From an uncultured Nitrososphaeraceae archaeon (GTDB lineage Archaea; Thermoproteota; Nitrososphaeria; Nitrososphaerales; Nitrososphaeraceae): 64,000 nucleotides of DNA. The stretch lies in NCBI GenBank assembly GCA_963837175.1, contig CAWIMJ010000010.1, positions 1 through 64,000 of the forward strand, written 5' to 3'. The notes beneath the pieces are model-generated. The model was not told where the DNA came from and did no database searches. It worked only from the letters and a program-made list of their open reading frames with translations. The position numbers were made by a program, and so were the translations under genes. Within the stretch, counting starts at the first letter, position 1. Each line of letters opens with the position of its first letter. This document shows, piece after piece, positions 12,620-22,985 of the stretch.

Positions 12620-13372
12620 TCATTGCACATTTACTATACCAATTTTTGCCAATTCAGATCCTATACCATAACCCACAAGCGCTATTCCAGTTCCTAACCC
12701 AGCCATTTCAATACCACCCTTTATAAAATTTTTCTGTGCTAGACGTGCTTTTATTGCACCTACTATAAACGAAGATGAAACACTTATTCCAATGGCTACT
12801 GCAATGGCTATATCAGAAGATATGAATCCACCCTTAACTATAAAATAGGGAAGAATTGGAAGAATGCCTCCAAGTAAAAATGAACCAAACATTACAAGTG
12901 CGCCTTTCAATGGATTTCCTAGAATTTCCAAGTTAAGGCCTAGCTCTTCGGTTAGCATAGTTTTAAGCCATACTTCTTTGTCTGAAGTTATTTTATCAAC
13001 TATTTTTTTTAGTTCTACCCCTTGAAATCCTTTGGACTTGTATATCTCCTCAACTTCTTGCCTTTCCTTGTCTGGGAGATTCTCTATTTCGAATTCTTCT
13101 CGTTTAATTTCTGATTCTAGTATCTCTCTTTGGGATTTGACAGCAAGATAGTTCTGTACTGCCATTGCCTTTGCACCGGTAAACATTCCTACAAGCGCAG
13201 CAAGAATAACAATATCAGCTGCGATTACAGCACCACTAACACCAGCTACAATCCCTAATGATGTGTTAACTCCATCACCAAATCCAAATACTAAATCACG
13301 TATGTAGTTACTTTCTTTGATATGAGGTTCAACATGCATCGTCCGCTCAGAAAATGTCATATAGTGATTCAT
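12620..13372 (-). CDS. VIT1/CCC1 family Fe/Mn transporter
   Basis: IRDLVFGFGDG motif; acidic cytosolic loop MLTEELGL; five TM segments. Confidence 0.93.
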   Translation of the reverse strand: MNHYMTFSERTMHVEPHIKESNYIRDLVFGFGDGVNTSLGIVAGVSGAVIAADIVILAALVGMFTGAKAMAVQNYLAVKSQREILESEIKREEFEIENLPDKERQEVEEIYKSKGFQGVELKKIVDKITSDKEVWLKTMLTEELGLNLEILGNPLKGALVMFGSFLLGGILPILPYFIVKGGFISSDIAIAVAIGISVSSSFIVGAIKARLAQKNFIKGGIEMAGLGTGIALVGYGIGSELAKIGIVNVQ

Positions 13373-13415
13373 ATAGCAATAGATGATTTGTATCTTTAGC
13401 TTCTTTGATTGTTAT

Positions 13416-13760
13416 AAAACTTAATAGCATGATTTATTACTGTTGCTTTTGTCGATGACTCTGGCTTTATTGAAATAACATTCTTTGGCTAAAGCTAAAG
13501 CCCTTGTCTCTTTTCTCATTTTCCATTTGACTGTTGTGAATTATTCGACGCTTCTTTTAGAGTTGCAGTTAATCCAACTAGGCGCTTCTCATATTATTTA
13601 AGTAGTCTTTGGTCAATATATGCGTTAAAATTAGCCCGTCTGTTCGAAGATAATATATATCCCTGCTAACTGGCCTCTCTTTAGCCTTCTTACTATAACT
13701 GCATTTCTCTTATCAAATGCTCCTTCCTTTCTGTTCTTCAATTTTAAAAATGTATATGCC
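13416..13760 (-). pseudogene. Decayed copy of a hypothetical helical/HTH protein family I recall as multicopy in Nitrososphaeraceae
   Basis: Fragments YIDQRLLK*YEKRLVGLTATLKEA...LAKECY; family assignment from memory only. Confidence 0.5.
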
Positions 13761-14038
13761 CCGTATCAAATGATGTAATACCTTTTTACGGGATGTTAAC
13801 TTTACACGTTTTCAAATATAACACACGAATATGCATTTTCACGTTTGGAAAGTATTACAAATTTGTTCCTTTTGGCTGCGAATTGGCGTTTCAAGATAAA
13901 TATTCGTATTTGCGAGGGGCAACTTTAGAATTAAATCGTATAATATACTTTTATCATTCGTGAATATCAATAATAGATTAATTTGTCCTGCAAAACAAAC
14001 TATAATTTAATTAAGACCCTAAGCGTATATCTTTGTTT

Positions 14039-14185
14039 ATGTCTAGCATTAGCGATGAACCTTCCTCATCAGTGGAATGTCCATATTGTCAATCTAAGTT
14101 TAAAGATAAGGCTGATCTATCAAAGCATATAGATAGAATCCATACTGAATCAGGTCTATTAGAGGGAGATAGCAGAAGGTGGTAG
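14039..14185 (+). CDS. 48-aa C2H2 zinc-finger microprotein (below the ORF-track cutoff)
   Basis: MSSISDEPSSSVECPYCQSKFKDKADLSKHIDRIHTESGLLEGDSRRW*; TTTAATTAA TATA-like box about 30 nt upstream. Confidence 0.8.
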   Translation: MSSISDEPSSSVECPYCQSKFKDKADLSKHIDRIHTESGLLEGDSRRW

Positions 14186-14719
14186 TTACATTATAAAGAT
14201 GCTGTATTCGGGATATCCTCCGTTAAATCACTTGCTAGTCTTGAACTCATTTTCAAATGAACACTTAATTTTGAAAGATCTGGAAACCCTATTTCACCCA
14301 ATGACTCGGGATTTCTTGAAGTTCATTGTAGTCCATTTGTAACAAAGATAAATAAGAAGATACTCATATTATTTTGCATTTGTATTTCATTATTATTATT
14401 ATTATATATTTTAATTGCGACTACAAGCTATTTTAATCTCTATAGTAAAAGAATTATAATTTTCATATCATATTTATTATAAAAATACTTGCACTTACTA
14501 AAGATAAATAATCATGATAATCGTTTCCCATTGTCAAATTACTACCGTTACTATTATAATATAAGACTATTAGCACCTACCAAGGGATATTTTATATTAT
14601 TACCAATTAATATCACACCATGTTGGACATTCGTTCTTTGTATATACAATAGTATTTGTCAAATTTCAGTTAAATAGAGCCATAAAAAGGAGATATTATG
14701 TTTTAGAATTTCTCTAAGA

Positions 14720-15271
14720 TCAGTGTGATGCTGCTTCATCTGTTGTCATATGCTCTTGTTGTACTGCACCTGTCTGAATCGCCGCTACGTGTATAACAAC
14801 TGAAGTCATAGGAGGAAGTGTAATATATTCTTCTGTTGGATTTTGCAATCCAATGTCAGTTATCTTTGAATCATTTTGTTGCATTATATCAAGATGATAC
14901 ATACATACGCTTCCTAGAGTAGACATATGAAGATCAAGTGTCATATTAAGTGGCGGTATGTTTGGCATGATACCTCCTAGAATTTTGAGTTTTGTAACTC
15001 CATTGTCATCGCAAGGAAGCTGAGCTCCTAGATGAGCTGAGGCTATCTTAGACGGAGCCGAAGTATATAATGCAACAAAGTTCTTTGGAGGAATAGATTT
15101 CCCATCCAGTAAAACAGTTACTGAGTCAAATACTTCAGAAGTTTGGGCTTCATGCATTTCATGCATTTCATGTTGGCTGAAAGCAATATTGTTATTGTTA
15201 GCAGTAGATAATATTATCGCAGAAATAATAAAACTAAACCCAAAAATCGATATAATATTTTTTTTGTTCAT
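14720..15271 (-). CDS. Secreted His/Met-rich hypothetical protein, possible metal binding
   Basis: Signal peptide, HEMHEMHE, LPCD...CMYH Cys pair. Confidence 0.82.
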   Translation of the reverse strand: MNKKNIISIFGFSFIISAIILSTANNNNIAFSQHEMHEMHEAQTSEVFDSVTVLLDGKSIPPKNFVALYTSAPSKIASAHLGAQLPCDDNGVTKLKILGGIMPNIPPLNMTLDLHMSTLGSVCMYHLDIMQQNDSKITDIGLQNPTEEYITLPPMTSVVIHVAAIQTGAVQQEHMTTDEAASH

Positions 15272-15548
15272 TTAGTTTAGTACAATTGAGGGGTTATTTA
15301 TAATTATGAAAAATGTATATAGAAAGCCTTTAAAACTCAATGCTAATATAAAAAATAAAAAAATAATAATACACGTATAGGTAGCAGACTGTCTTTATTT
15401 GATTATATACCACATGAGACTAATCACGGAACATCAACGACTACTTTTTGGTGATGGTTACTTGTATACTTATAAAAAAATATCATAAAGAAAAGGGTAG
15501 TATTAAAATTTGATTCTTTTATTTGTTTGTTCCTGCGGCATCTTGCTC

Positions 15549-15914
15549 TTATTCGCTAACGGTCTCATCCGCACCTGCAGTACCTTTAGTCATGCCGCTT
15601 TTTCTTGCTTTTTCTCTTGCTTCATCAGAATTTGTACCTCCGTGTTGTCCTGGTTCAACTATTTTTTGATCACTTGGATCTCTTTTGACCGCGGTAGGCT
15701 CATGTTCCTTTATCTTAGCAGGTGTCATTGGTTCTTTTTCTCTATACTCTGTAAGGGGATCTTCATTTCGACCGCCTTCTCTTGCAGCTCCACCTTCTTC
15801 AAGTCGTCTTTCCTGTTCGTTAGTGGTATCCGAAGAAACACGATCTTTGGCACCCATTACTTTATCTTTGGCACCCATTACTTTATCTTTGACCTTATCT
15901 TTAATTTCACTCAT
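15549..15914 (-). CDS. Hydrophilic LEA/general-stress-like protein, possibly truncated by a premature stop
   Basis: KDKVMGA tandem repeat; highly charged; frame continues EQDAAGTNK* to 15519. Confidence 0.8.
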   Translation of the reverse strand: MSEIKDKVKDKVMGAKDKVMGAKDRVSSDTTNEQERRLEEGGAAREGGRNEDPLTEYREKEPMTPAKIKEHEPTAVKRDPSDQKIVEPGQHGGTNSDEAREKARKSGMTKGTAGADETVSE

Positions 15915-16483
15915 TGATATTATTATTGTACTTTCAAGGTTATTAAATATACTACAATAATCGAATATAACTATTGTGAAATGTTATAGATAATTAATAT
16001 ATATGTCCTAAATAACTTAGGGCTTTATTGTTAATTGCAATCTAGGCTGATAATAGCGTAGTAATGATTGGTAACAGTGGCATCTAAAGTACAACTAACA
16101 ATAATTCATAGGATTTAAGGACAATTTTGTGGAACTTAACCTGGTTAAGTTACTGCGTTCTCATTATTTTTGGATTTAGATTTTCCATCAATTTAATATT
16201 TTTAATAAGGTGGTTCAGATGAAGTTATTATTATTATAACTATTAAATGCCTTTAAATTACTAAGGGTTGCAAAATAAATATCCAATGAAAATACTGTAA
16301 AAAAACTCTGGCGCCATATAACAAAATTTCCCCCTTTAATGGATTTATTTCATCAAATGTTTGATAGCATCCATAGGGAGCAGAAGTTAAAATCCTTATA
16401 GTCTTAGTTGCAGTATGTTCTCACTAGTAGCTGAATAAATTACATATGGAATACGCTTACTTCTTTTTTTGTCAAAAATTAGA

Positions 16484-16912
16484 TTATAAAATTCTTTTTA
16501 TTCTATCGCATATAAAATCCATTTCTTCTGGATTAGGAACGGGCCTTGTCTTAAACAGTGAATGAATTGGTCCTGCTCCATCGTCAGTATTTCTTGGAAT
16601 TATATGAACATGGACATGGGGTACTTCCTGTCCTGCTTCTCTTCCATTATGAATTGCTATGGTTGAAGCATTGACTCCTGTTGCCTTCTCTACTGCTGAA
16701 GACACTTGCCAAAGCAGGCCAAAAACAGCAGATGAGTATTCGCTATTCATTTCCTGAATTTTTTCATAGTGTGACTTTGGGATAACAAGAGTATGACCTA
16801 TGGATAATGGATTAGCATCTAGAAAGGCTACGGCCTTATCATTTTGACCGATAATTCTTGCATTAATTTTGCCGTTAGCAATTTTGCAGAAAATACAGTT
16901 TGGATCAGACAT
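16484..16912 (-). CDS. hit: HIT family nucleotide hydrolase
   Basis: CIFCKI and HVHVHIIP motifs. Confidence 0.95.
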   Translation of the reverse strand: MSDPNCIFCKIANGKINARIIGQNDKAVAFLDANPLSIGHTLVIPKSHYEKIQEMNSEYSSAVFGLLWQVSSAVEKATGVNASTIAIHNGREAGQEVPHVHVHIIPRNTDDGAGPIHSLFKTRPVPNPEEMDFICDRIKRIL

Positions 16913-17053
16913 ATGAATAAGACTAAAGACTCACTCTAATAAATAGGCACAAAATGATTAGAAGAAAACAAGGAAGAAGAAGTTTAAAAATAAACGATGT
17001 CTTAAGATATGATCTTTGCTGGTATGCTAACCCACCTACATTTAGAGTATTTA

Positions 17054-17473
17054 CTAAAGTTGTTTAGAAGCAGGAATCTCGCTTTGTTCTAATATCAAAG
17101 AATTATTATTTAATTCAGCTGACTTATCGCGTTGTTTTCGGGTCTTATCTATGTCTATATTTATCCTGGCAAGTACATATTGGCTTAGTAATTCAGATAA
17201 TTCTGATTTTGAATTTATAATATACATTCTAGTATTACCTATTTTACCTGTTTCCTTAACTAATTCCTTCTGAACTAAATGAGGCAGAACTCGCTGTACA
17301 GTTCTAAGAGGAATTCCTGTTATCCTACTTATTTCAGCTGCAGAATAATCAAAATTCTGATTAAGAATCAGAAAATCTAAAACTCTAGCTGGACCGTTCT
17401 GGAATATACTTTCTAATGGTCTATTCCTATTATAGACTACTTCTTGCCTAGGTAATGATGATATTTCAGACAT
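17054..17473 (-). CDS. Winged helix-turn-helix transcriptional regulator
   Basis: YSAAEISRITGIPLRTVQRVLPHLVQKELVKETGKIGNTRMY. Confidence 0.88.
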   Translation of the reverse strand: MSEISSLPRQEVVYNRNRPLESIFQNGPARVLDFLILNQNFDYSAAEISRITGIPLRTVQRVLPHLVQKELVKETGKIGNTRMYIINSKSELSELLSQYVLARINIDIDKTRKQRDKSAELNNNSLILEQSEIPASKQL

Positions 17474-17503
17474 GGAACTTTATGGTTTTGGTGGTATATA
17501 AGT

Positions 17504-17560
17504 CTACGCCAAAATTGGCGTGGTCAATTTATAGCATAATATGACACCTGTGGCGTAAAC
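17504..17560. promoter_or_regulatory. Operator-like palindromes in a divergent promoter region
   Basis: ACGCCAA-AA-TTGGCGT at 17506-17521; second degenerate site ATGACA-CCTG-TGGCGT at 17541-17556; both abut TATA-like sequences. Confidence 0.6.
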
Positions 17561-17597
17561 TTAAATAGTTTTAATCTACTTCTATATATACATAAAA

Positions 17598-18374
17598 TTG
17601 GCTTCCGTTTCAGAATGGCGCAAATGGATATTACAACAACTTATCGGCGAAGGTGTCCATAATGCGTTGTTAGAAGAAAGTATAAGCAAGGAAGCAGGAA
17701 GGCATTATGATGCAAATCTAGACATTGCTTTGAGGCTTCTTATGGATGATGGCATAATTATGTCCCTAGAATCAAATCGTGAAAAAAAATATGTTGTTAA
17801 TTATGATAAGTTAGATGACGCTCAAGAAATAATAAATTCAAGATTAAGACAAGATATTGATAATGAAAATGTCCTAATCCAAGACTATATGCCAGAACCG
17901 GAGGGATATATGTATTGGTTTAACAATACTGGTAATAGACAATTTAGAAAGCAAAATATCTATAATATCTACTTGAAAAAGACCGACAATATGGATTTTG
18001 CAGCGCAATTAATAACCAAATCTATGCGCCAACATAAAACAATCTATATGGGCTCATTAAATGAATCTGGTTCTTATATTTCTAAACTTTGGTATGCGGC
18101 CACGATAATAGCAAAGGAAAATAGGGACAACACTTTCATATTACAAAACCTTCAAGATAAAGAAAGAATGGCATGTGGAAATAATAGGCAGCGTGGGAAA
18201 ATAGCTTTAGCGATATTTCGTAAGTTAGGTTATATTAAACCTGTGGGGACTAAAGGAAATTCAACAAGATTCAAACTAACTGGCAAAAAACCTATTGCTA
18301 TAACATTAGACGAAATTCTTAGAGATAATAATAAGCCTCAAAATAAGGCTACTATTAAAATGTATTATGGTTAA
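17598..18374 (+). CDS. Hypothetical protein with probable N- and C-terminal winged-helix domains
   Basis: ALRLLMDDGII...KKYVVN and ALAIFRKLGYIKPVG...RFKLT helix-plus-wing patterns; TTG start. Confidence 0.75.
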   Translation: MASVSEWRKWILQQLIGEGVHNALLEESISKEAGRHYDANLDIALRLLMDDGIIMSLESNREKKYVVNYDKLDDAQEIINSRLRQDIDNENVLIQDYMPEPEGYMYWFNNTGNRQFRKQNIYNIYLKKTDNMDFAAQLITKSMRQHKTIYMGSLNESGSYISKLWYAATIIAKENRDNTFILQNLQDKERMACGNNRQRGKIALAIFRKLGYIKPVGTKGNSTRFKLTGKKPIAITLDEILRDNNKPQNKATIKMYYG

Positions 18375-18633
18375 ATTCGTACTTGTGTCTGCACAGAGCA
18401 AATATCGGATTTTGCTTAACTGATAATAACAATGGATTTTAATTTTGCATATAAAAAATGCAAGAGCGTTTTAAAATTCAGAACAAAAATTATCATCACA
18501 CGTGTGTATATTCTAACTAACAATTATGAACCTTTGTATTCTGATAACGTCTACTATATGCCAGGTAAAATAGAAAATTAATCAGCCAGATAGTCCAATA
18601 ATCCTCTAATATTATGTTACGTATTTAATAATA

Positions 18634-19002
18634 ATGTATAACAAATTGTATTTAGAAAATATAAGACCGTTAACCCTACATGATATCTCACCTAAGTGGG
18701 CTGATCGTCTACTACTACACCGACTACCATTTCCGTTGTCAATTCAATGGTTAAGGTGGTACTTTGAGATAAAATGTGCTTCAAAATGTGTGGTTGGAGA
18801 AGCATATGGCTTTTCATCATCATATATATATAATTGCAAAGAATGTGATAAATTCGGGTGGAAATTTATGTTATCCTTTATTACAAATTCCTATCCAAAA
18901 CTAGAAGAAAATAAACAGCTGTTTGTTAAGCACTGGGAAGAAAAACATACACATACGAAAATTAATCATACTGATCTAGACCTCTCGCAAGTGTTGATCT
19001 AA
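18634..19002 (+). CDS. Cys-containing hypothetical protein
   Basis: 122-aa ORF; KCVVGEAYGF...CKEC...HWEEKH. Confidence 0.75.
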   Translation: MYNKLYLENIRPLTLHDISPKWADRLLLHRLPFPLSIQWLRWYFEIKCASKCVVGEAYGFSSSYIYNCKECDKFGWKFMLSFITNSYPKLEENKQLFVKHWEEKHTHTKINHTDLDLSQVLI

Positions 19003-19022
19003 TCCTCATTATTATATGAGGA
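19003..19022 (+). terminator. Hairpin immediately after the stop codon
   Basis: TCCTCAT-tattat-ATGAGGA. Confidence 0.35.
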
Positions 19023-19506
19023 GCATATCTAAACTGTATTTTTACTCACAGTACAGAACAGTCAATGGACTAACTCATATATCGTGACAGTCAACTCAAC
19101 TCCTGCAGTGTAAGTTGAAAAACACTATATCCATCTTTTGAATACCTAACTAGTCAAGAACTACTGTAAGTTATAATGTATTCTTTCTACGCGGTAGAAG
19201 AGGCAACCAGCAGCTGTTTATATGCAGACGGATATTATAATGCTAGTAACATTAACATTTAGAAGTTGATCCAATAATCTTCATAAAATGCGAGTTTTAT
19301 CTTTAAAGATTCAAGTCCCAGGTGATTTAGTGAGTATAAGATCCCATACTTTGTGATCTATTCATTTTTTAGAGAAGCATATTGTTTTTGAAAAGCCTAT
19401 GAATTGGAATTTAGTCTTGACATTTTAACTATAAATATTTATCAAACGCGGTGTTTAAATGTGTCTCTTTATAAGCAGTACAGAAGGATTTCCATAACGA
19501 GAGAAA

Positions 19507-19869
19507 ATGACAACAGCAGTAATAGAAGATGCGAAGAAAGAGAAGACAGCCAGAAGAAAAGGAAAGCACGCATATTCAACTGAAAATCGTAGAATGGTGT
19601 GGGAAAATGTTGTTTGGCCTTTAATAGTGAAAGTTAACAGATCATATTTTACGTTGAAAGAATACCACACTAAAAGAGATGAATTTTGTAGACTTAACAA
19701 TATGAGACCTTCAAAGGTTGCAGGTGGTTTTGTATCTTTATTGGTTAAAGGGATCCTTACTAAAGAAAAGAACATCTATTCAATTAATTATAGGCTTATT
19801 CCATATATGAGAAAGAAAGCAAATTTGGAATATGGTCTTGTAATTAGAGAAATTAATACAAAACGATAA
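19507..19869 (+). CDS. Basic hypothetical protein, winged-helix-like
   Basis: 120-aa Lys/Arg-rich ORF; GFVSLLVKGILTKEKNIYSI. Confidence 0.8.
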   Translation: MTTAVIEDAKKEKTARRKGKHAYSTENRRMVWENVVWPLIVKVNRSYFTLKEYHTKRDEFCRLNNMRPSKVAGGFVSLLVKGILTKEKNIYSINYRLIPYMRKKANLEYGLVIREINTKR

Positions 19870-20208
19870 AGCTAAATAATATAATAATTATAAGACTATT
19901 ATTAATAATATTATATTAAATATTAAATATATTAGTCGTTATAGAGACTGCTGATAAGTAAGTATGCCTATGTAGTCATATTATGATATCATATACATAT
20001 GCTTATAATTATTTTAAGGCGATGACTTTTTTTGTGGGAATTAGTATTTTATCTTTGATGTGTTATGTTAATATGCAATTTCATAATATTTAAATTAATT
20101 TTTTGGAGAATGTGACAAGAATATAGTGATATTAATGCTATTTAGCTAACGATAAAATAAAATATCGGTCTAGCAATGGATGATTTTGTAGCCCGTGTAT
20201 ATGAATGA

Positions 20209-20360
20209 AGCCCGGTCGAACCTGGATTATTTAATTTAAGCAGGTGCCGAATCTAGTGGCCAATCTATCTCTCCAAGGTAGGGCTATGGATTTCAGGCTC
20301 TGGATCTGTCATGAGAAAAGAAACCTGGAGACAGCAGTTCGAATCTGCTCCGGGCTACCA
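20209..20360 (+). tRNA. tRNA-Gln(CTG) with three introns (20219-20251, 20264-20287, 20304-20322) and encoded CCA
   Basis: Joined exons give a 76-nt cloverleaf: AGCCCGG TC GTCT AGTGGCCAA GGAT T TCAGG CT CTG GA CCTGG AGAC AGCAG TTCGAAT CTGCT CCGGGCT A CCA; each junction has a BHB-type motif. Confidence 0.93.
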
Positions 20361-20395
20361 TTTTTATTGTAATATTTAACTGCTCTCTAATATCA

Positions 20396-21991
20396 TTATT
20401 TTGGACCTGCGTTTCGTATTTCCTCAGATACTTCTCCAAACTTTTGAAAGTTCTTGACAAATAATGCTGCAAGTCTATTGGCAGATAAATCATATTTGTT
20501 CTTATCAGACCACGTATTGCGTGGGTCTAGAATTTCAGACGGAACTCCGGGGCATGAAGTAGGAATATCGAGGTTAAAAATATCATTGTGTATAAAGAGT
20601 GCTTTCTCCAATTCTCCATTCAACGCGGCTGTTACCATTGATCTGGTATATCCGAGATCCATTCTCTTTCCCACTCCATAAGGTCCTCCAGACCAGCCTG
20701 TATTGATCAAATATACTTTAGTATTATGTTTGGAGATCTTTTGTCCAAGCATAACTGCATATTCTCTAGCATGCAATGGCATAAATGGAGCACCGAAACA
20801 TTGCGAGAATGTTTCTTTTGGTTCCGTGATCCCTCTTTCTGTTCCTGCCAATTTGCTAGTATATCCTGACATAAAATGATACATAGCACCTTCTTTTGTC
20901 AATTTGGCAATTGGTGGCATTACCCCAAAGGCATCTGCAGTTAGAAAAATGATAACATTTGGGTGCCCAGCTATGCTTGGAATTATTGCACCAGGTATAA
21001 AGTTGAGAGGATAGACTACTCGAGTATTTTCTGTAAGGCTGCCATCAGTAAAATCCGGCTCTCTTGTATCGCTCTTAAGAACAACATTTTCCATTACTGA
21101 ACCAAACCTTATGGCATCCCAAATTTGTTGTTCATTTTCCTTTTTCAGATTTATGCATTTTGCATAACAACCACCTTCAAAATTGAAGATTCCCTTATCA
21201 GACCAGCCGTGTTCATCATCACCAACAAGATGCCTATAACGATCAGCGGAGAGTGTTGTCTTTCCTGTACCAGATAATCCAAAGAACAACGCAGTATCGC
21301 CGCTGTTGCCTACATTAGCTGAGCAGTGCATAGGAAAAATGCCCTTACTAGGTAAAATGTAGTTCATTACAGAAAACATAGCTTTCTTGATTTCACCAGC
21401 ATAAGAGGTTGACCCTATTAGAACAATCCTTTTCTTAAAGTTTATAATAATGAATGTCTCAGTTCTTGTTCCTTCTAGTTTAGGTATTGCTCTAAAGTCG
21501 TTCACCGATAATAAAGTAAATTCGGGCTCATGACTTTCGAGTTCTTTTAATGTAGGACGAATAAAGATTTGAGTTGCAAAAAGGGTATGCCATGCTTTAT
21601 CTGTAATTACTCTTATTGGTAGGCGTATATTATTATCTGCTCCAACAAAACCATCAAAAACAAAGAACTCTTTTCCTTCTATAATTTTTTTCATTCTGAG
21701 AAAAATCTTTTCAAAATTTTCTTCCGAGATTGAATGGTTTATCTTCCCCCAGTCTACAGAATTATGGGAATATTCATCATCAACAATATATTTATCATCT
21801 GGGGATCTGCCTGTAAATTTGCCGGTTTTTACAGAAAAAGCTCCAGTAGAAGAAAGATTTCCCTCTTTTCTACAAATAGCGATCTCTATTAATGAAGGAA
21901 CTGAGAGATTTCGATGTAGTTTACCGAGTCTAATATCCATTTTTTCAAGTTGCATAAGACATCTTGCGCGTGGATTGTAGCTCATTAGCAT
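20396..21991 (-). CDS. pckA: Phosphoenolpyruvate carboxykinase (ATP)
   Basis: [47 protein letters not shown]; exact start uncertain. Confidence 0.97.
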   Translation of the reverse strand: MLMSYNPRARCLMQLEKMDIRLGKLHRNLSVPSLIEIAICRKEGNLSSTGAFSVKTGKFTGRSPDDKYIVDDEYSHNSVDWGKINHSISEENFEKIFLRMKKIIEGKEFFVFDGFVGADNNIRLPIRVITDKAWHTLFATQIFIRPTLKELESHEPEFTLLSVNDFRAIPKLEGTRTETFIIINFKKRIVLIGSTSYAGEIKKAMFSVMNYILPSKGIFPMHCSANVGNSGDTALFFGLSGTGKTTLSADRYRHLVGDDEHGWSDKGIFNFEGGCYAKCINLKKENEQQIWDAIRFGSVMENVVLKSDTREPDFTDGSLTENTRVVYPLNFIPGAIIPSIAGHPNVIIFLTADAFGVMPPIAKLTKEGAMYHFMSGYTSKLAGTERGITEPKETFSQCFGAPFMPLHAREYAVMLGQKISKHNTKVYLINTGWSGGPYGVGKRMDLGYTRSMVTAALNGELEKALFIHNDIFNLDIPTSCPGVPSEILDPRNTWSDKNKYDLSANRLAALFVKNFQKFGEVSEEIRNAGPK

Positions 21992-22601
21992 GATTTAACC
22001 ATATACTTGTATATTTAATTCATATCCCATAGAATGTATAAACAATTGATTTTCTATTGACATATTTAATAAATTCATTACAATACAATGGTCATTCGAT
22101 TATAGCATCACCCACTATGAAGCCGTAACTATCCGATCTATAGAGTATTTAATATAATTTGATAGTTTTCTATTACTGTATCAACAGACCACACTGATCC
22201 ACTCCTGTTGTATATTTTTCTTCTCATTTAGGGTAACTATTTCTACCAGATGATATTTGCCCACGGATTTCTTCACTTGGGAATTCCTTGAATGAAGGTT
22301 GCCATAGGTTTCTCCATGCTTCTATATAATAGTGACCAAATCCGAGATCTGTTTGCCGGCCTGTGATCCTTCAGGATATGCAACCTGATTATACCCTTTA
22401 AGACTCCATTCATTTCTCCCGGGAAAGTTTCATTTTTGCAGAATTTGACTACTACAACTAAAATATATGGACATTTATTGAAGGTATTAATATTCTATCT
22501 GTTTTAGACTTAAAACCGATCATTATAAAAAACAGAATGTTAGTTTTTCGACTGTAGATAGAAGTTTTTACGCATATTATTAAACCCAATAAATACATCT
22601 A

Positions 22602-22985
22602 TTGTATATGTCATCATCGACCGATGCTACTGGATCGCCATCCTATCCCACTCAGGAAGACGAACTTAGAACTCAAGAAGCTGAAGCAGAAGATTTTAAT
22701 AAATCACAGGAATCCGCGTTCCTAGAGATTTTTCAAACAATTCCTAAGAAAAATAGTCAAAAATTACTCCAACAGGCAAAAGCGATCATAAATACTTTCA
22801 GTAACTTGATGTCCGAATCTAGAATTCAGCCATATGAAAAGCAAGAGGAACTTATGTCAGGAATAAAAAAAATGCTGATAGAACAAATAAATGTAATAGA
22901 TGCCCGCCGTATGTATGCGCTAAAGCTTAACCCCAAGACTGCAGATCGCGAAGGGAATAAAAAATCGACCGAAAATTCGAAATAA
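22602..22985 (+). CDS. Hypothetical helical protein
   Basis: 127-aa ORF; ATG at 22608 is a likely alternative start. Confidence 0.72.
   Translation: MYMSSSTDATGSPSYPTQEDELRTQEAEAEDFNKSQESAFLEIFQTIPKKNSQKLLQQAKAIINTFSNLMSESRIQPYEKQEELMSGIKKMLIEQINVIDARRMYALKLNPKTADREGNKKSTENSK

Noticed and set aside
20293-20493. 66-aa ORF
   Set aside because: Antisense to tRNA-Gln and overlapping the end of pckA in another frame.
22250-22440. Higher-GC patch upstream of pckA as an ncRNA
   Set aside because: No convincing stems; reads more like a decayed minus-strand ORF.
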